A DNA stretch of 64,000 nucleotides from Psammoneis japonica (GCA_008632985.1 QPGO01000012.1:310001-374000); one strand, 5' to 3'; shown: positions 47,015 to 59,374, numbered from the stretch's first letter. Translations and numbers: made by a program. The notes: generated by a model from the letters alone, not told the origin.

Positions 47015-49489
47015 AGTCAAAAGGTCAATGCCGAGGAGCACCAAGCTCGCGCTCCCACTGTCTTTGTGCTCTTTGCACAGTTCCGAGAGCTCAACAATGG
47101 CTGTCTGTCGGCGATGATCAAAAGCCTTGTCGCCTTTTCCAAGTCCCGCCTTGAACTCAGGCCATGGCACTGGGTTTTGTTCACGCAACGCACACACCGT
47201 AAAAAGCAAGGATGCAATGTCATGCTTGGCTGAGGGCTTCCAGGACTGTGTGCTAGCCTTGCCGTGAACCTCTGCGTGTGCAAATGGAAGCGATCCACGG
47301 AAGCCAATTACATCTTCATTGCCCAGCGCCGCACACCCCCAGTCAATTAGAATGAACCTAGCACCGTCAAACATGACGTTACGTGGCGAAAGATCCAAGT
47401 GGTAAACATCCTTTTTGTGTGAGAACGACAAAGCATTTGACATGTCCGACCACAATGAGAGCAGAGTTCGTGATTTGTTAGGGTCCGACATCAAAATGGC
47501 AAGAGCTGGTCTGCCTCTCGGAGTCATCAACAAGGCAGGAACTGTGGCTTTCGTGTCTCGAACCAAGTATTCGACGAGCCCAAAGCCTTGGACCTCGGGG
47601 ATGTGCTGGCATGTTCCATCTCGGGCCAAAGCACGAAGTGCCGTGAGCTCTCGCTTTATATGTCGTACTTCACCAACTACAGACGCTTTTACGAATAAAT
47701 TGTTGTTGCCCCCGGCAACCGCGTAAACAACGCCATGTGACCCACAACCCAGCAGCTGACCAACTGAATGTCGGATAGAGACCCCGCTTGAGCTGTGTTT
47801 TCCAATAATGTGTTTTCCAATAAAGTTTGCGCTTTGCGCCTCTGAACCAAAACACAATATGCCAAGATCCTCATCCTCTGAGTGTAGAAGCTCCCACAAG
47901 CGACACATGCCCTCTGGTACATGAGAGCCAAGGGCGGAAGATACACTCTCTGATGAGAACAGTCGAGGCTTGAGATATATCTTGTCGGAGTTATCAGTGA
48001 CAAGGGCGTCGAAGGCAGCTTCGTCAACCAGAGGCCACAATGCAGTCCGATTGAACTTTAACTCCACACCTGAGGTCCCCATTCCAACCAACTCCAAGGA
48101 TATTATTACCTGAAGGTAGACTGGCGTTACTATCAAACCAACATGTTTTGAGTTGACGCCTACATCCCCAATGTCAAAGGCCACCAAAGCCCTTTTTGCC
48201 AGATGCCCGCAAACTTGTTTTGATACTTGGTCGTGCAAAACTTGAGCATTTTGACCCGCTCGACGAACGTTCTTGACCTCTTTGACCAACGAAATCTCCT
48301 GATTCAGCAGCACAGGTGTGAACGGATTGAGGTGGTTGGACTCAAAGTCGACAAATCGTTTCGGACCCAACTGAGATGGAGGCATGTAGCGCTCGCGTCG
48401 TAGGTCGGATCGGCCATGCAAAGAGCCATCGCTGTCTCGAATCTGAGATAAGGCACGGAGAAGTGCACCAAGGATCGGCTGGACAGCATCTTTTTCTGTC
48501 GCAACGGCAGTCGGGAAATATTTTTTAGAAAAAAAGCGCTCGGGCTTTTGGTCTGCCCACTCGAGGATCGCCTTTACAGTGTCGTTTACAAGTGCAGGCC
48601 TTTTTTTGAACGCCTTGGCGTCGACCTTCGTTGACTTTTCGACCAGACGGCACCAAGCCTTGGAAAAGAGTTCAAGTTCATCGGTTTGTTGGGGTGCTTT
48701 TGATGGCCACCATGGTTGAATTTGTTCGGACGACCCGAGTAAGTTATGCAGGTTTTCTTGTGACTTTGATGGACTCGGTATGTGCAGGCCTCGCATCATT
48801 TCGCGATAGTCGCTGTCGGATATCTCGTTTTCATCATCTATTGTACGCGTCCCCGTTTCAGTTTTGTTCGAAAAAGCAGCATATGCTTTCAAATCATCGC
48901 GAATTTCCTTGATTTTGTTGCATATTTCGTCGATCGGCATTCGGCACGTTTTGGAATACAAACGATAAACCCGCTCCCAGCAAAACGGGGACTCCTTCAT
49001 CATCTGATGGTTTTCGTTGACCCAGTTCTGCAAAGGAGACACGTCAAGGCCGAGATAAGTCGGTGATGAAGGTCCAAGTGGGCCTCTACGCAGCGTTTGA
49101 AGAAGCTCCTCGGCAATTTCCGGAGTTGGCGCTTCTTCGGATGCCACCTTGCCGATTGCTGCAAGCGTTTCACGAGCAGTCTCCTGTCTATTTTTCCAAA
49201 CCGCCAGCGTTCCGACCATTTTACGCTCCTCCAATTCGTTGAGAAACATAATGCTGCCGCTCACCCCCGATGTAACCACGCCCGCTTCGTCGGCTTTGCG
49301 CTTCCTCGCCGTCGCATTAGCAGCAACATGACCGTTACTCGGACGATGATTGGTTGAATTCGCAGCTGCGTCTTCGCCGTTGCCCGCCGCTACGCGGTCA
49401 CTGGACGGTTCTATTAGCGCCGCCGCTGAGGCAGCCATTAGTGCTGCTTCCTGGGGAGATGAAGAATCCACAGGCTGGATCATGGCCAT
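46931..49489 (-). CDS. REase+kinase gene copy 4 (852 aa; C-terminus now encoded by the MITE; original end stranded at 46525-46586)
   Basis: Same motifs as copy 1; 15-bp duplication (KHIIGKH) and 3-bp insertion keep the frame; reads into the MITE after GIDLLT. Confidence 0.85.
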   Translation of the reverse strand: MAMIQPVDSSSPQEAALMAASAAALIEPSSDRVAAGNGEDAAANSTNHRPSNGHVAANATARKRKADEAGVVTSGVSGSIMFLNELEERKMVGTLAVWKNRQETARETLAAIGKVASEEAPTPEIAEELLQTLRRGPLGPSSPTYLGLDVSPLQNWVNENHQMMKESPFCWERVYRLYSKTCRMPIDEICNKIKEIRDDLKAYAAFSNKTETGTRTIDDENEISDSDYREMMRGLHIPSPSKSQENLHNLLGSSEQIQPWWPSKAPQQTDELELFSKAWCRLVEKSTKVDAKAFKKRPALVNDTVKAILEWADQKPERFFSKKYFPTAVATEKDAVQPILGALLRALSQIRDSDGSLHGRSDLRRERYMPPSQLGPKRFVDFESNHLNPFTPVLLNQEISLVKEVKNVRRAGQNAQVLHDQVSKQVCGHLAKRALVAFDIGDVGVNSKHVGLIVTPVYLQVIISLELVGMGTSGVELKFNRTALWPLVDEAAFDALVTDNSDKIYLKPRLFSSESVSSALGSHVPEGMCRLWELLHSEDEDLGILCFGSEAQSANFIGKHIIGKHSSSGVSIRHSVGQLLGCGSHGVVYAVAGGNNNLFVKASVVGEVRHIKRELTALRALARDGTCQHIPEVQGFGLVEYLVRDTKATVPALLMTPRGRPALAILMSDPNKSRTLLSLWSDMSNALSFSHKKDVYHLDLSPRNVMFDGARFILIDWGCAALGNEDVIGFRGSLPFAHAEVHGKASTQSWKPSAKHDIASLLFTVCALREQNPVPWPEFKAGLGKGDKAFDHRRQTAIVELSELCKEHKDSGSASLVLLGIDLLTQRCKIANSVAILFAIRLRIAIETIAIC

Positions 49490-50100
49490 GGTTTAATAGC
49501 CCTACTCCCTACTGTGAGAGCTTGAAGCTGTCGAAATTGAAAATGGAATCAGCAAGCGCGTTGAGCGAGCGTGGAGCCACTCTTTCGAGTTTTTCGCGGG
49601 ACCTGGAAGTTTTCGTTTTTCAGGCACATCGTGTCGTTCGGTCACGTACCGTATTACCGGTGCTTCGAAGTAAATACCTCGAAGTACCGGTACAACGAAC
49701 CGATAAAGCAAGGAGGTAAGCGAGTGCGTAAACAAGCGAAGGATGATTACGGCGGCGGGTGCGGGAAACTCCATCCCGATGCGATGGGTTGTCTTGAAGC
49801 AAGCCAACAAGGATTCGAACGAAAAAATGGCAGTAAAGAAAGAAGCAGGGCTGGCGCATGTCACGTAGAATTTGTAAAAGGAATATTTTTCCAACGGTCG
49901 CAAATTTATCTCAAATCTGACATTAGTTTTTTCCCGCGTAATTTTAGAAATATATTGTACAATTTTCGATAGTGAGTTTGGTTTGAGCGAGCGATACACA
50001 TATTAAAACTGCTTAATGTTGTTCTTTAGTTCTCCAGTCTATCTTAATCAGCAGACTCTCAGCTTTCCGCCGATATATCACACGTGGGGTCTATCATGGG
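49490..50100 (-). promoter_or_regulatory. Putative promoter/upstream region of copy 4, TpA- and CpG-retaining, AT-rich distal part
   Basis: Conserved with 23875-24298; unmutated island ending near 50100-50260. Confidence 0.5.
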
Positions 50101-50139
50101 CACAAAATTTCAACTCATCATAAATGCTCAAGTGCACGG

Positions 50140-53100
50140 TAGCGCGCAACCGTTCGAGCGACTTTTTTCGGCACCAGCTCCCGCGTCCGCTGCGAGATTT
50201 TTTTCTTTTTTCCATCAAGGCGAAGTCAGCATCCATGGCGGTCATTTGCCGCACTTTGTATCGACATGTCGCACCACACCAACTCAAACCAACACAGGCC
50301 TTTGGCGCTTCACAATGATGTGATCATGCAAAGAGTCCGTCTCAGCGCGCGGCCGGTGCTGACTCCACCGCAGTGGCCTTGGCCCGACACTTGCTGCAGC
50401 AGAAGCCAAGAGTTCGCCAACAAGCATTGCAAGCTCTGCTGATGATGGGCATGAGGACAAGACTGGGTGGGACCTCACACTGCTGGGCTGTGACACATTG
50501 ACAGTTTTTTGAATCGCGCCGCACACGCACATTTCTGCATGATTTTGGTGACATTTTGTGTCATTTTGTGGCACAATGATTGTTGGGCAATCCATTCAAC
50601 AACTTTTGACAAGTTTTCCTTCTGCGCCATTCTCTCAAATGTCTCAAGAGTGGCGCAGGGCAGGCAGGCTGTCCAAAACTTCAAGCAGGAACAGGGGCAC
50701 ATGCACCACAAACTTGGCGTCATTCATTTCATGTCAAAGATGAACATGTTCATTGGCCAGAGTGCAAACTGCAGAGCTTGTGCACAGAATTCTGTGGGGC
50801 AAATGTCACAAAGTCCCACCTGGGGCTGGAACGTGTCCACTGGAAAAGGACCACACAACCCATGTGCCCATTCCATGATGGAAAAAGCAATCCATTGAGA
50901 TTGGCGACAATGACAAGTTGGAGGGCATTGCTTGGGTTTCCTCATGACCACCCAAACTCATCAAAGTCATGGAGGTGAAGGAGCCTCCAAAGGATGTGAA
51001 GGCTGCCAAGAAATTTGGCTTTGTGCAAAATGGCACAGAGCTCTGCAAAGCTCATGCTGCGTGCAACACTCTTTTTCCACAGTGTGAACTGGCTCATTCC
51101 TGCCTCTCACAAGTGCACCCCACAGAGCAAAGAATGTGAAAAAATTGTCAAAGCAACTCGACACTGTGAAATCCAGGATCAACAGATTGCAACATGATGT
51201 CGACCACAAGGACACCTCCTTGCAATCCAAGAAGAACACTGTCAACAGCTTCAAATCTTTGGCGGTGGAACACAAGAAAGATGCGTTAGAAGTCAACAAA
51301 CTTTGCAAGCAAGTGTCCAGCCTTGAAAAGGAACTCCAGAAGAAAGAAGCATCAGACAAAGCTTCAGTTGAACATGCAAAGATGGTGAAGAACCAAGAGC
51401 TCCAAAACAAACTTGCTCTCCAGGAAAGCAGAGCTCAGCTGTCAGAGCAAGCAGCAGAGAACAGAGCATGGCAGTCGTCCAAGCCAGCAGACAAAAGGCA
51501 TTGCACAAGACAGTTCCACAGCAGCTCAATTGGGTTCATCTCAGGGGCTTGGGGTGGGGGGAGGAGCACCAGACCAACTCAAAAGTTGTTCCACAACCAC
51601 TCATCCAAAATGTTGTTGTTGCCAGCAACATGGATCTGTGCATTGTCACAAACAAGCACAGCACAAGGCTTCAAAAAGCCTGACACAATGGCCTTTCAAC
51701 AGCAATGGAAAAGTCCACAGAATCATTGGCATCTTTGTTTGGACAGAAAAAGGATGGGTTGGTGGACTGGCCAACACTTCGTGAGCCAACAACATTGCAA
51801 ACATTGCAAAAGTCAGAGTCCACAGCAATGGATGGCATTTCTCCTGTGAGTGGATCACATCAGACTTTTTGGTTGAATGGCTCTGTTGCCTTGAGAGATT
51901 TTTCATTGGCAAACTTGATGCACCAGTGATCAAGTTGCATGATCAATCAAAGGAATTCAATGGCTCTTTCAACATTGTTGGGTCTGAGCTGATCAACCGG
52001 GACCAAGCTTGGTTTCCTCAAAGCAGCAGAACATGGAAAGCCACAAAGCAACACACGAGACATTGCACTTTGTGACACAAGTGATCCAGTGCAACAAAAG
52101 AGTTCCATCTGGTGGCTTCTCAGTGTTTGGGAAGGGTTCTTGCAACAAAGTGCAATCAAGCAAACAGTGTTGTCCAAGCCAAGTGTCAGTGCTCCTGCCC
52201 CCCTGTGTGTCTCAAAGGCTTTTGACAGTGAGGGTCAACAAGCCCCTCTTGACTCTGAAGCTCCACGACAACCTTCTTGGCCTGCTTGTCCCTGACTTTT
52301 GCCACTCATCCAAAAGCTCCACACATGACGGCTCCAGCCCATCCTTGTTGCAGTCACACAGCTCCTCGCACTTCTTCACCAATTCTGTCTTCTTCAGGAA
52401 GTTGCAGGGTGTGCCATTTTGATGCACACTGCCATTTGCATTGTGGGACAGTCCCAAGGTGGTGATGGCATGCAAAGAAATGTGCCAGCCACAGTGTTGC
52501 CCCTTCAAAAAAACAAGAAAAAACAGCACTTTTTGTGCAGACAATGCAGGTGTCTTGCCAACAAATTTAAAAGTTTTGAAGCAACAATGTTGATGTTGAA
52601 AAAAGTGACAAACAATGATGGCCTTTGATGGAGAGAAAGAAAGGCCGCATTGTGGCAAAAAATGGCAAATGACCGCCATGGAGGTAGAATTCGCCCTTGG
52701 TTGTCAAGACCAAAAGAGTCGCAGCGACATGCAGGAGCTGCACAAAAAAGGCACTCGAATGGTTGTGCACGATGGATGACAGGTGTCTGTTGGGGCTTCA
52801 TTGCACCCAATGAACTGTTTGTGCAATCAGCGCTGGCTCTGCTGGGGAATTTGTGATGCCTCCCTCCTGTGAGGATTTGAGTGCCACCAAAAAATGTCAT
52901 TTGGCAGTCCGTGCTCCAGACACCTGTGAAAGCCCATCTGCACAGGCATTTTGCTTCAGTGCTTTTCACTCAGAAGCAACACATGTCATTTGTGTTGAAA
53001 ATGGAGCATCATTTTGTGCATCACCTGGGGCTGCAGCACATCAGAGAGGCCACAAAAAATGCATCAATGATGAAGAAGGGTGCTCCTCTCTTTGCACTTT

Positions 53101-53998
53101 TTAGAGCCCTTTTCTCCCAAATCACCAACAATGCCTGGTGATCACCCAACAGCAAGAGGGCATTGCCCAACTGCCAGACCCATGTGGGAGCTCTCTTCAA
53201 AAGAGCACACAAGCTCATTTTTTCTTCAAGGCATCAGAGCACAGTGTGGTGTCACCTGTTTGTTCCCACTCCTCCCCTTGTGTTTTCTGGAGGTTTTTGT
53301 CACAGAGCGCAGGTGGCATGAACCACAAGGCAAACCAAAGAGCTCCCCACAGACTGGCTGCAGTGGAAAACATGTGTGCTTGCAAGAAAGAGTGAGAAGA
53401 AGATCTCAGAGAGATCATTGTGTCACCTGCCTGCACACAAGCCAACTGTGGCAGATTGCATCCTTGCAGTGCAGGGATGGCGAAGCAACATCATTGCTTT
53501 GCAGTGCTTGCTCATTTAAGTTTGCTTTCTGCCTGTTCCATTGAAACAAAGCAGTGCCAGGTTTCAAGAAAGAATTCCAACAGCATGTTTAATTGTCAGA
53601 TTTTTGGCCGCCTTGCACCATGATTCTGTCGAGTTTGGCGGTGCGTCGACTGTTTTGAACCATCTTTGCCTGCCGAAGACACTTTATTGACGCATCCTCC
53701 GAATCGCACATTTAGACTAATCGCACGCAGACAGGTGGCCGCATGGCCACTGCGCTGCATGCGGGCCGGACTCATCTAGGTAGGTAGGTTGAGCGCATTT
53801 TGCAGATAAATTGTGACAGCATCATCATACTTTCATCTACTGCCTTTACTTCTATTCCCCTCTACCCCAGAGCTGCTTCTAGCATTGGAACCGAGGATGC
53901 CCAACAAAGAACCCCTGGCATGCGATCATGTTTCGACAAGCGGCCCTAATAGAGGTGGTCACGAGGCAAGTTTGGCGGAAGCTACAGGAGCATTAGGT
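50140..53998. repeat. TpA-depleted spacer of the tandem unit between copies 4 and 5
   Basis: Colinear with 18330-21364 and 24299-27975. Confidence 0.92.
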
Positions 53999-56509
53999 TC
54001 ATGCACCGTTGATACATGCTGCGATAGTGGACTTCATTTTCGAGTGACGAACAGTCGAAAGGTCCATACCGAGGAGCACCAAGCTCGCGCCCCCACTATC
54101 CTTGTGCTCTTTGCATAGTTCCGAGAGCTTAACAATGGTTGTCTGTCGGCGATAATCAAAAGCCTTGTCGCCTTTTCCAAGTCCCGCCTTGAACTCAGGC
54201 CATGGCACTGGGTTTTGTTCACGCAACGCGCACACCGTGAAAAGCAAGGATGCAATGTCATGCTTGGCTGAGGGCTTCCAGGACTGTGTGTTAGCCTTAC
54301 CGTGAACCTCTGCGTGTGCAAATGGAAGCGATCCACGGAAGCCAATTACATCTTCATTGCCCAGCGCCGCACACCCCCAGTCAATTAGAATGAACCTAGC
54401 ACCGTCAAACATGACGTTACGTGGCGAAAGATCCAAGTGGTAAACATCCTTTTTGTGTGAGAACGACAAAGCATTTGACATGTCCGACCACAATGAGAGC
54501 AGAGTCTGTGATTTGTTAGGGTCTGACATCAAAATGGCAAGAGCTGGTCTGCCTCTCGGAGTCATCAACAAGGCAGGAACTGTGGCTTTCGTGTCTCGAA
54601 CCAAGTATTCGACGAGCCCAAAGCCTTGGACCTCGGGGATGTACTGGCATGTTCCGTCTCGGGCCAAAGCACGAAGTGCCATGAGCTCTCGCTTTATATA
54701 TCTTACTTCACCAACTACAGACGCTTTTACGAATAGATTGTTGTTGTCCCCAGCAACCGCGTAAACAACGCCATGTGAGCCAGAGCCCAGCAGCTGACCG
54801 ACTGAATGTCGGACAGAGACCCCGTTTGAGCTGTGTTTTCCAATAAAGGTTGCGCTTTGTGCCTCTGAACCAAAAAACGATATGCCAAGATCCTCATCCT
54901 CTGAGTGTAGAAGCTCCCACAAGCGACGCATGCCCTCTGGTACACGAGAGCCAAGGGCGGAAGATACACTCTCTGATGAGAACAGTCGAGGCTTGAGATA
55001 TATCTTGTCGGATTTATCAGTGACAAGGGCGTCGAAGGCAGCTTCGTCAACCAGAGGCCACAATGCAGTCCGATTGAACTTCAACTCCACACCTGAGGTC
55101 CCCATTCCAACCAACTCCAAGGATATTACCTGAAGGTAGACTGGCGTTACTATCAAACCAATATGTTTTGAGTTGACGCCTACATCCCCAATGTCAAAGG
55201 CCACCAAAGCCCTTTTTGCCAGATGCCCGCAAACTTGTTTTGATACTTGGTCGTGCAAAACTTGAGCATTTTGACCCGCTCGTCGAACGTTCTTGACCTC
55301 TTTGACCAACGAAATTTCCTGATTCAGCAGCACAGGTGTGAACGGATTGAGGTGGTTGGACTCAAAGTCGACAAATCGTTTCGGACCCAACTGAGATGGA
55401 GGCATGTAGCGCTCGCGTCGTAGGTCGGATCGGCCATGCAAAGAGCCACCGCTGTCTCGAATCTGAGATAAGGCACGGAGAAGTGCACCAAGGATCGGCT
55501 GGACAGCATCTTTTTCTGTCGCAACGGCAGTCGGGAAATATTTTTTAGAAAAAAAGCGCTCGGGCTTTTGGTCTGCCCACTCGAGGATCGCCTTTACAGT
55601 GTTGTTGACAAGTGCAGGCCTTTTTTTGAACGCCTTGGCGTCGACCTTCGTTGACTTTTCGACCAGACGGCACCAAGCCTTGGAAAAGAGTTCAAGTTCA
55701 TCGGTTTGTTGGGGTGCTTTTGATGGCCACCATGGTTGAATTTGTTCGGACGACCCGAGAAAGTTCTGCAGGTTTTCTTGTGACTTTGATGGACTCGGTA
55801 TGTGCAGGCCTCGCATCATTTCGCAATAGTCGCTGTCGGATATCTCGTTTTCATCATCTATTGTACGCGTCCCCGTTTCAGTTTTGTTCGAATAAGCAGC
55901 ATATGCTTTCAAATCATCGCGAATTTCTTTGATTTTGTTGCATATTTCGTCGATCGGCATTCGGCACGTTTTGGAATACAAACGATAAACCCGCTCCCAG
56001 TAAAACGGGGACTCCTTCATCATCTGATGGTTTTCGTTGACCCAGTTCTGCAAAGGAGACACGTCAAGGCCGAGATAAGTCGGTGATGAAGGTCCAAGTG
56101 GGCCTCTACGCAGCGTTTGAAGAAGCTCCTCGGCACTTTCCGGAGTTGGCGCTTCTTCGGATGCCACCTGGTCGATTGCCGCAAGCGTTTCACGAGCAGT
56201 CTCCTGTCTAGTGTTCCAAACCGCCAGCGTTCCGACCATTTTACGCTCCTCCAATTCATTGAGAAACATAATGCTGCTGCTCACCCCCGATGTAACCACG
56301 CCCGCTTCGTCAGCTTTGCGCTTCCTCGCCGTCGCATTAGCAGCAACATGACCGTTACTCGGACGATGATTGGTTGAATTCGCAGCTGCGTCGTCGCCGT
56401 TGCCCGCCGCTACGCTGCCACTGGACGGTTCTATTTGCGCCGCCGCTGAGGCGGCCGTTGTTGCTGCTTCCTGGGGAGATGAAGAATCCACAGGCTGGAT
56501 CATGGCCAT
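53999..56509 (-). CDS. REase+kinase gene copy 5, intact 836 aa
   Basis: Uninterrupted ORF colinear with copy 1; all kinase and PD-(D/E)xK-like motifs present. Confidence 0.9.
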   Translation of the reverse strand: MAMIQPVDSSSPQEAATTAASAAAQIEPSSGSVAAGNGDDAAANSTNHRPSNGHVAANATARKRKADEAGVVTSGVSSSIMFLNELEERKMVGTLAVWNTRQETARETLAAIDQVASEEAPTPESAEELLQTLRRGPLGPSSPTYLGLDVSPLQNWVNENHQMMKESPFYWERVYRLYSKTCRMPIDEICNKIKEIRDDLKAYAAYSNKTETGTRTIDDENEISDSDYCEMMRGLHIPSPSKSQENLQNFLGSSEQIQPWWPSKAPQQTDELELFSKAWCRLVEKSTKVDAKAFKKRPALVNNTVKAILEWADQKPERFFSKKYFPTAVATEKDAVQPILGALLRALSQIRDSGGSLHGRSDLRRERYMPPSQLGPKRFVDFESNHLNPFTPVLLNQEISLVKEVKNVRRAGQNAQVLHDQVSKQVCGHLAKRALVAFDIGDVGVNSKHIGLIVTPVYLQVISLELVGMGTSGVELKFNRTALWPLVDEAAFDALVTDKSDKIYLKPRLFSSESVSSALGSRVPEGMRRLWELLHSEDEDLGISFFGSEAQSATFIGKHSSNGVSVRHSVGQLLGSGSHGVVYAVAGDNNNLFVKASVVGEVRYIKRELMALRALARDGTCQYIPEVQGFGLVEYLVRDTKATVPALLMTPRGRPALAILMSDPNKSQTLLSLWSDMSNALSFSHKKDVYHLDLSPRNVMFDGARFILIDWGCAALGNEDVIGFRGSLPFAHAEVHGKANTQSWKPSAKHDIASLLFTVCALREQNPVPWPEFKAGLGKGDKAFDYRRQTTIVKLSELCKEHKDSGGASLVLLGMDLSTVRHSKMKSTIAACINGA

Positions 56510-57114
56510 GGTTTAATAGCCCTACAGTAGCCCTACTGGTAGAGCTGTCGAAATGGAATCACTTCGAGTTTTTCGGGGGAAATTGTCACTGTCAATTTTC
56601 TACGGCACGCCGCCACACGTCCTCGCCAAATAACCCGGACATTACAGTCATTTTCACTTTTCAGCATCCGTGGAACAATCGTGGTTTTCGCGGCGCCGCG
56701 CGGAAGCACGAAAAGCACGCACGCCTTGTGCGGCTAAGGGCCCTTCCGTTAGGCGTGCCCTTGCGAATCCTGCGAAACCTGCGAACTACATTACGAGGCC
56801 GCACATTTTGACAGAAACGTGAAGGGACAATTAAGGGGGGTCAGCCCCGCGTTTATCCTAAAATCACAGTGGCATTTGAATGACAATGTTGACAAGAGTT
56901 CATTTTTGAATGCAAAAATTGTTCCTCGCATTCACACCCGATCGCCGATCGCACACGAAAACGAGAACACCAGGCACCGCGATCGAAGCACGACGATGAC
57001 GACAATCGTCGACATTTCTCAAAAACGCAGCATGTCGTGCGCCAACTTTTCATGCATGTGACAAAACAAATGAGAGTTGGTGCACGGACTGCCCCCGTCA
57101 CAGACTCATGGCTT

Positions 57115-58352
57115 TGCAATGTGCAGCTGCCAATGAGAGTCAATGCATCACGGCGACGTGTTGCAGCCTTTAAATGTCACAAAGGGCGTGTCAAAAACAA
57201 CCTTTTGTCTGCATGCACACTGCATTGTGAATTCACAGTGGAGTGGTTCAATGCGTGACCATTGGGCAGGAGGCCAGGGGTTCGAAACCCTGAGTGGGAG
57301 TTGTCTGCAGCAACGTTGATCACTGTCGAACGCGCAAAACTCTGTGCAGTTCTGCACATTCCTTCGTACGCACCCACACTGTTCCGCCAAAACCGTGCAG
57401 TGTCAGGCTCGGTCTGCAGGTGAACCGTGCTGGATCGGATCGCCGGATCGGATCGCGCCAGAATTCCGTCAGTCGACAGGTGGAACCGGATCGGATCGCA
57501 GATCGGATTCGACATTTTGATGAGTCGCAAAACGACGTAAGTTTCAAGATTCCAAATTCTCAAGAACAACAAAGCACTGAAATGGCGAACAACAGAGAGA
57601 GTGTGGCCATGATGCTTCACATCTTGTCATGACGAGACAACATGATGACAGAACCATGCTGTCATTGCTGCTTCACATGCTTGCTTGACCGCATCATTGA
57701 GCATCATTGTCGCTCAGTGTTTGCAGCACGCCAAGGAAGAAAAAGCCACCTCTTTTGCAGCTCAGAAACTGACGCTGTGTTTTCGTGTTGAGGTTTTGAA
57801 TTGCATGACAAACACTTGTCATTTTGCTCATTCAATGTTTCTCCAACAAATCTTTGCGGCATTGTCGGTTTGACAAGCTGTTCCATTGCCATGCGACCTT
57901 TTTCATCTCCATTTCAAGCATGGGAAGAGCAAGGCTGCAATGCCAAGGAAGTTCTGTGCCCTCATGGCTGAATGTCATGCCGCCCTGTGTCACAATCGTG
58001 TGATGTTTCGCCACTGTCGTGATGACGGCACGGAATCTTCCAAATTCGATCCGACATCCGATCCGAGATGGCGGATCAGTCCCGCGAAGGCCACGGATTG
58101 ACTTTTTGACTCGATGGACCAATGTTTTAATGGGTCATGAAGGAGTCGATCCGGCGATCCGATCCGGCTCGGTTCACCTGTAGACCGAGCCTCAGCACAC
58201 GTCAGCAAAGAGCCGTGTGGATGCGTGACACATGGGGAGGAGTGCAACACACAGCTGCTGACAAGAGTCAGTGCATCACGGCGACGTGTTGCAGCCTTTA
58301 AATGTCACAAAGGGCGTGACAAAAACAACCTTTTGTCTGCATGCATGCTGCA
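57115..58352 (+). mobile_element. TRIM copy 1, interrupted by a MITE
   Basis: ~105-110-bp TG..CA terminal direct repeats; PPT GGGGAGGAG before the 3' repeat; TSD GCTT (57111-57114, 58353-58356). Confidence 0.85.
57406..58191. mobile_element. PIF/Harbinger-type MITE (786 bp) nested in TRIM copy 1
   Basis: 22-bp TIR ggctcggtct(g/a)caggtgaaccg; 3-bp TSD TCA; subterminal (CGGAT)n/(ATCCG)n repeats. Confidence 0.88.
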
Positions 58353-59374
58353 GCTTGCTGTTTTTCACCGCGGTGAAGTGTGGTGAAATTCAGGAAAAAC
58401 GGTGCAAAACATGAGCCATTCGGCCGCATTCAAGCTAAAAAGAGCAGCAACCAACCAGCCTTGATGACTTTTCTCGCATTTCCCTTGCAGAAATTTGCCC
58501 ACAATTGTTGCGAACTTGCTGACGTGTTCATGCTCTGGGTGGGACCTCGCACTGCTGGGCTGTGGCACAGTTGTTTTTTGTCATCTGTCGTGTGTTTTGC
58601 ACACACATTTCTGCATGTTCCATTGTAAAAAATTGTTCCACACTGCCTGTTTTGCAAAGCCAAAGGCTTTCTGTTTTCTGCATTTGTGACAATGAAAACA
58701 CGCTGGGCATGTTCTTCAATGTCTGAAGAACACACCCGGGCACGCTGTCAACAATGTGCTTCAAGTGTGGAGGAGGAGACACGTTCGCAAAATTGCCTCT
58801 TTTTCTGTTGGTGATCATTCATGTTTTCATTGCTCGACAATTTTGCTGCCGGAGCTCGCACACGGAATTCTGCGGGCCCAATGTCACAAAAAGTCCAGCC
58901 TGGGGCTGGAGCCCATCTGCTGACAGGCTCCAGTCCCAGGTGGGACTTTTTGTGACATTTGCCCCGCAAAATTCTACGTGCGAGCTCTGCAGTTCGTACT
59001 CTGGTTAATGGACACATTTGTCTTCGACATGAAATGAACGGCCAAGTTTGCAGCACATGTGTCTCTGTTCGTACTCGAAGTTTTGGACAATGCGCCTGCC
59101 CTGTGCCATTCTCAAGACACTCGAGAATGGCACAGAAGAAAAAAATGTCAAAACTTGTTGAATGGATCGCCTGACAATTGCACCATAAAATGATGCAAAA
59201 TTTCGCCAAAATCACGTAGAAGTGTGCGTGCGCGACATGCGACGCGATTCAAAAAACTGTCGATGTCACAGTTCAGCAGTGCGAGGTCCCACCTAGACCT
59301 GGAACGCGTCTGCTTGCCAGTCGATTCAAATTGACTGGTGGCAAGCTCGCAATCTGCAGAACCTGTGTGCAAAT

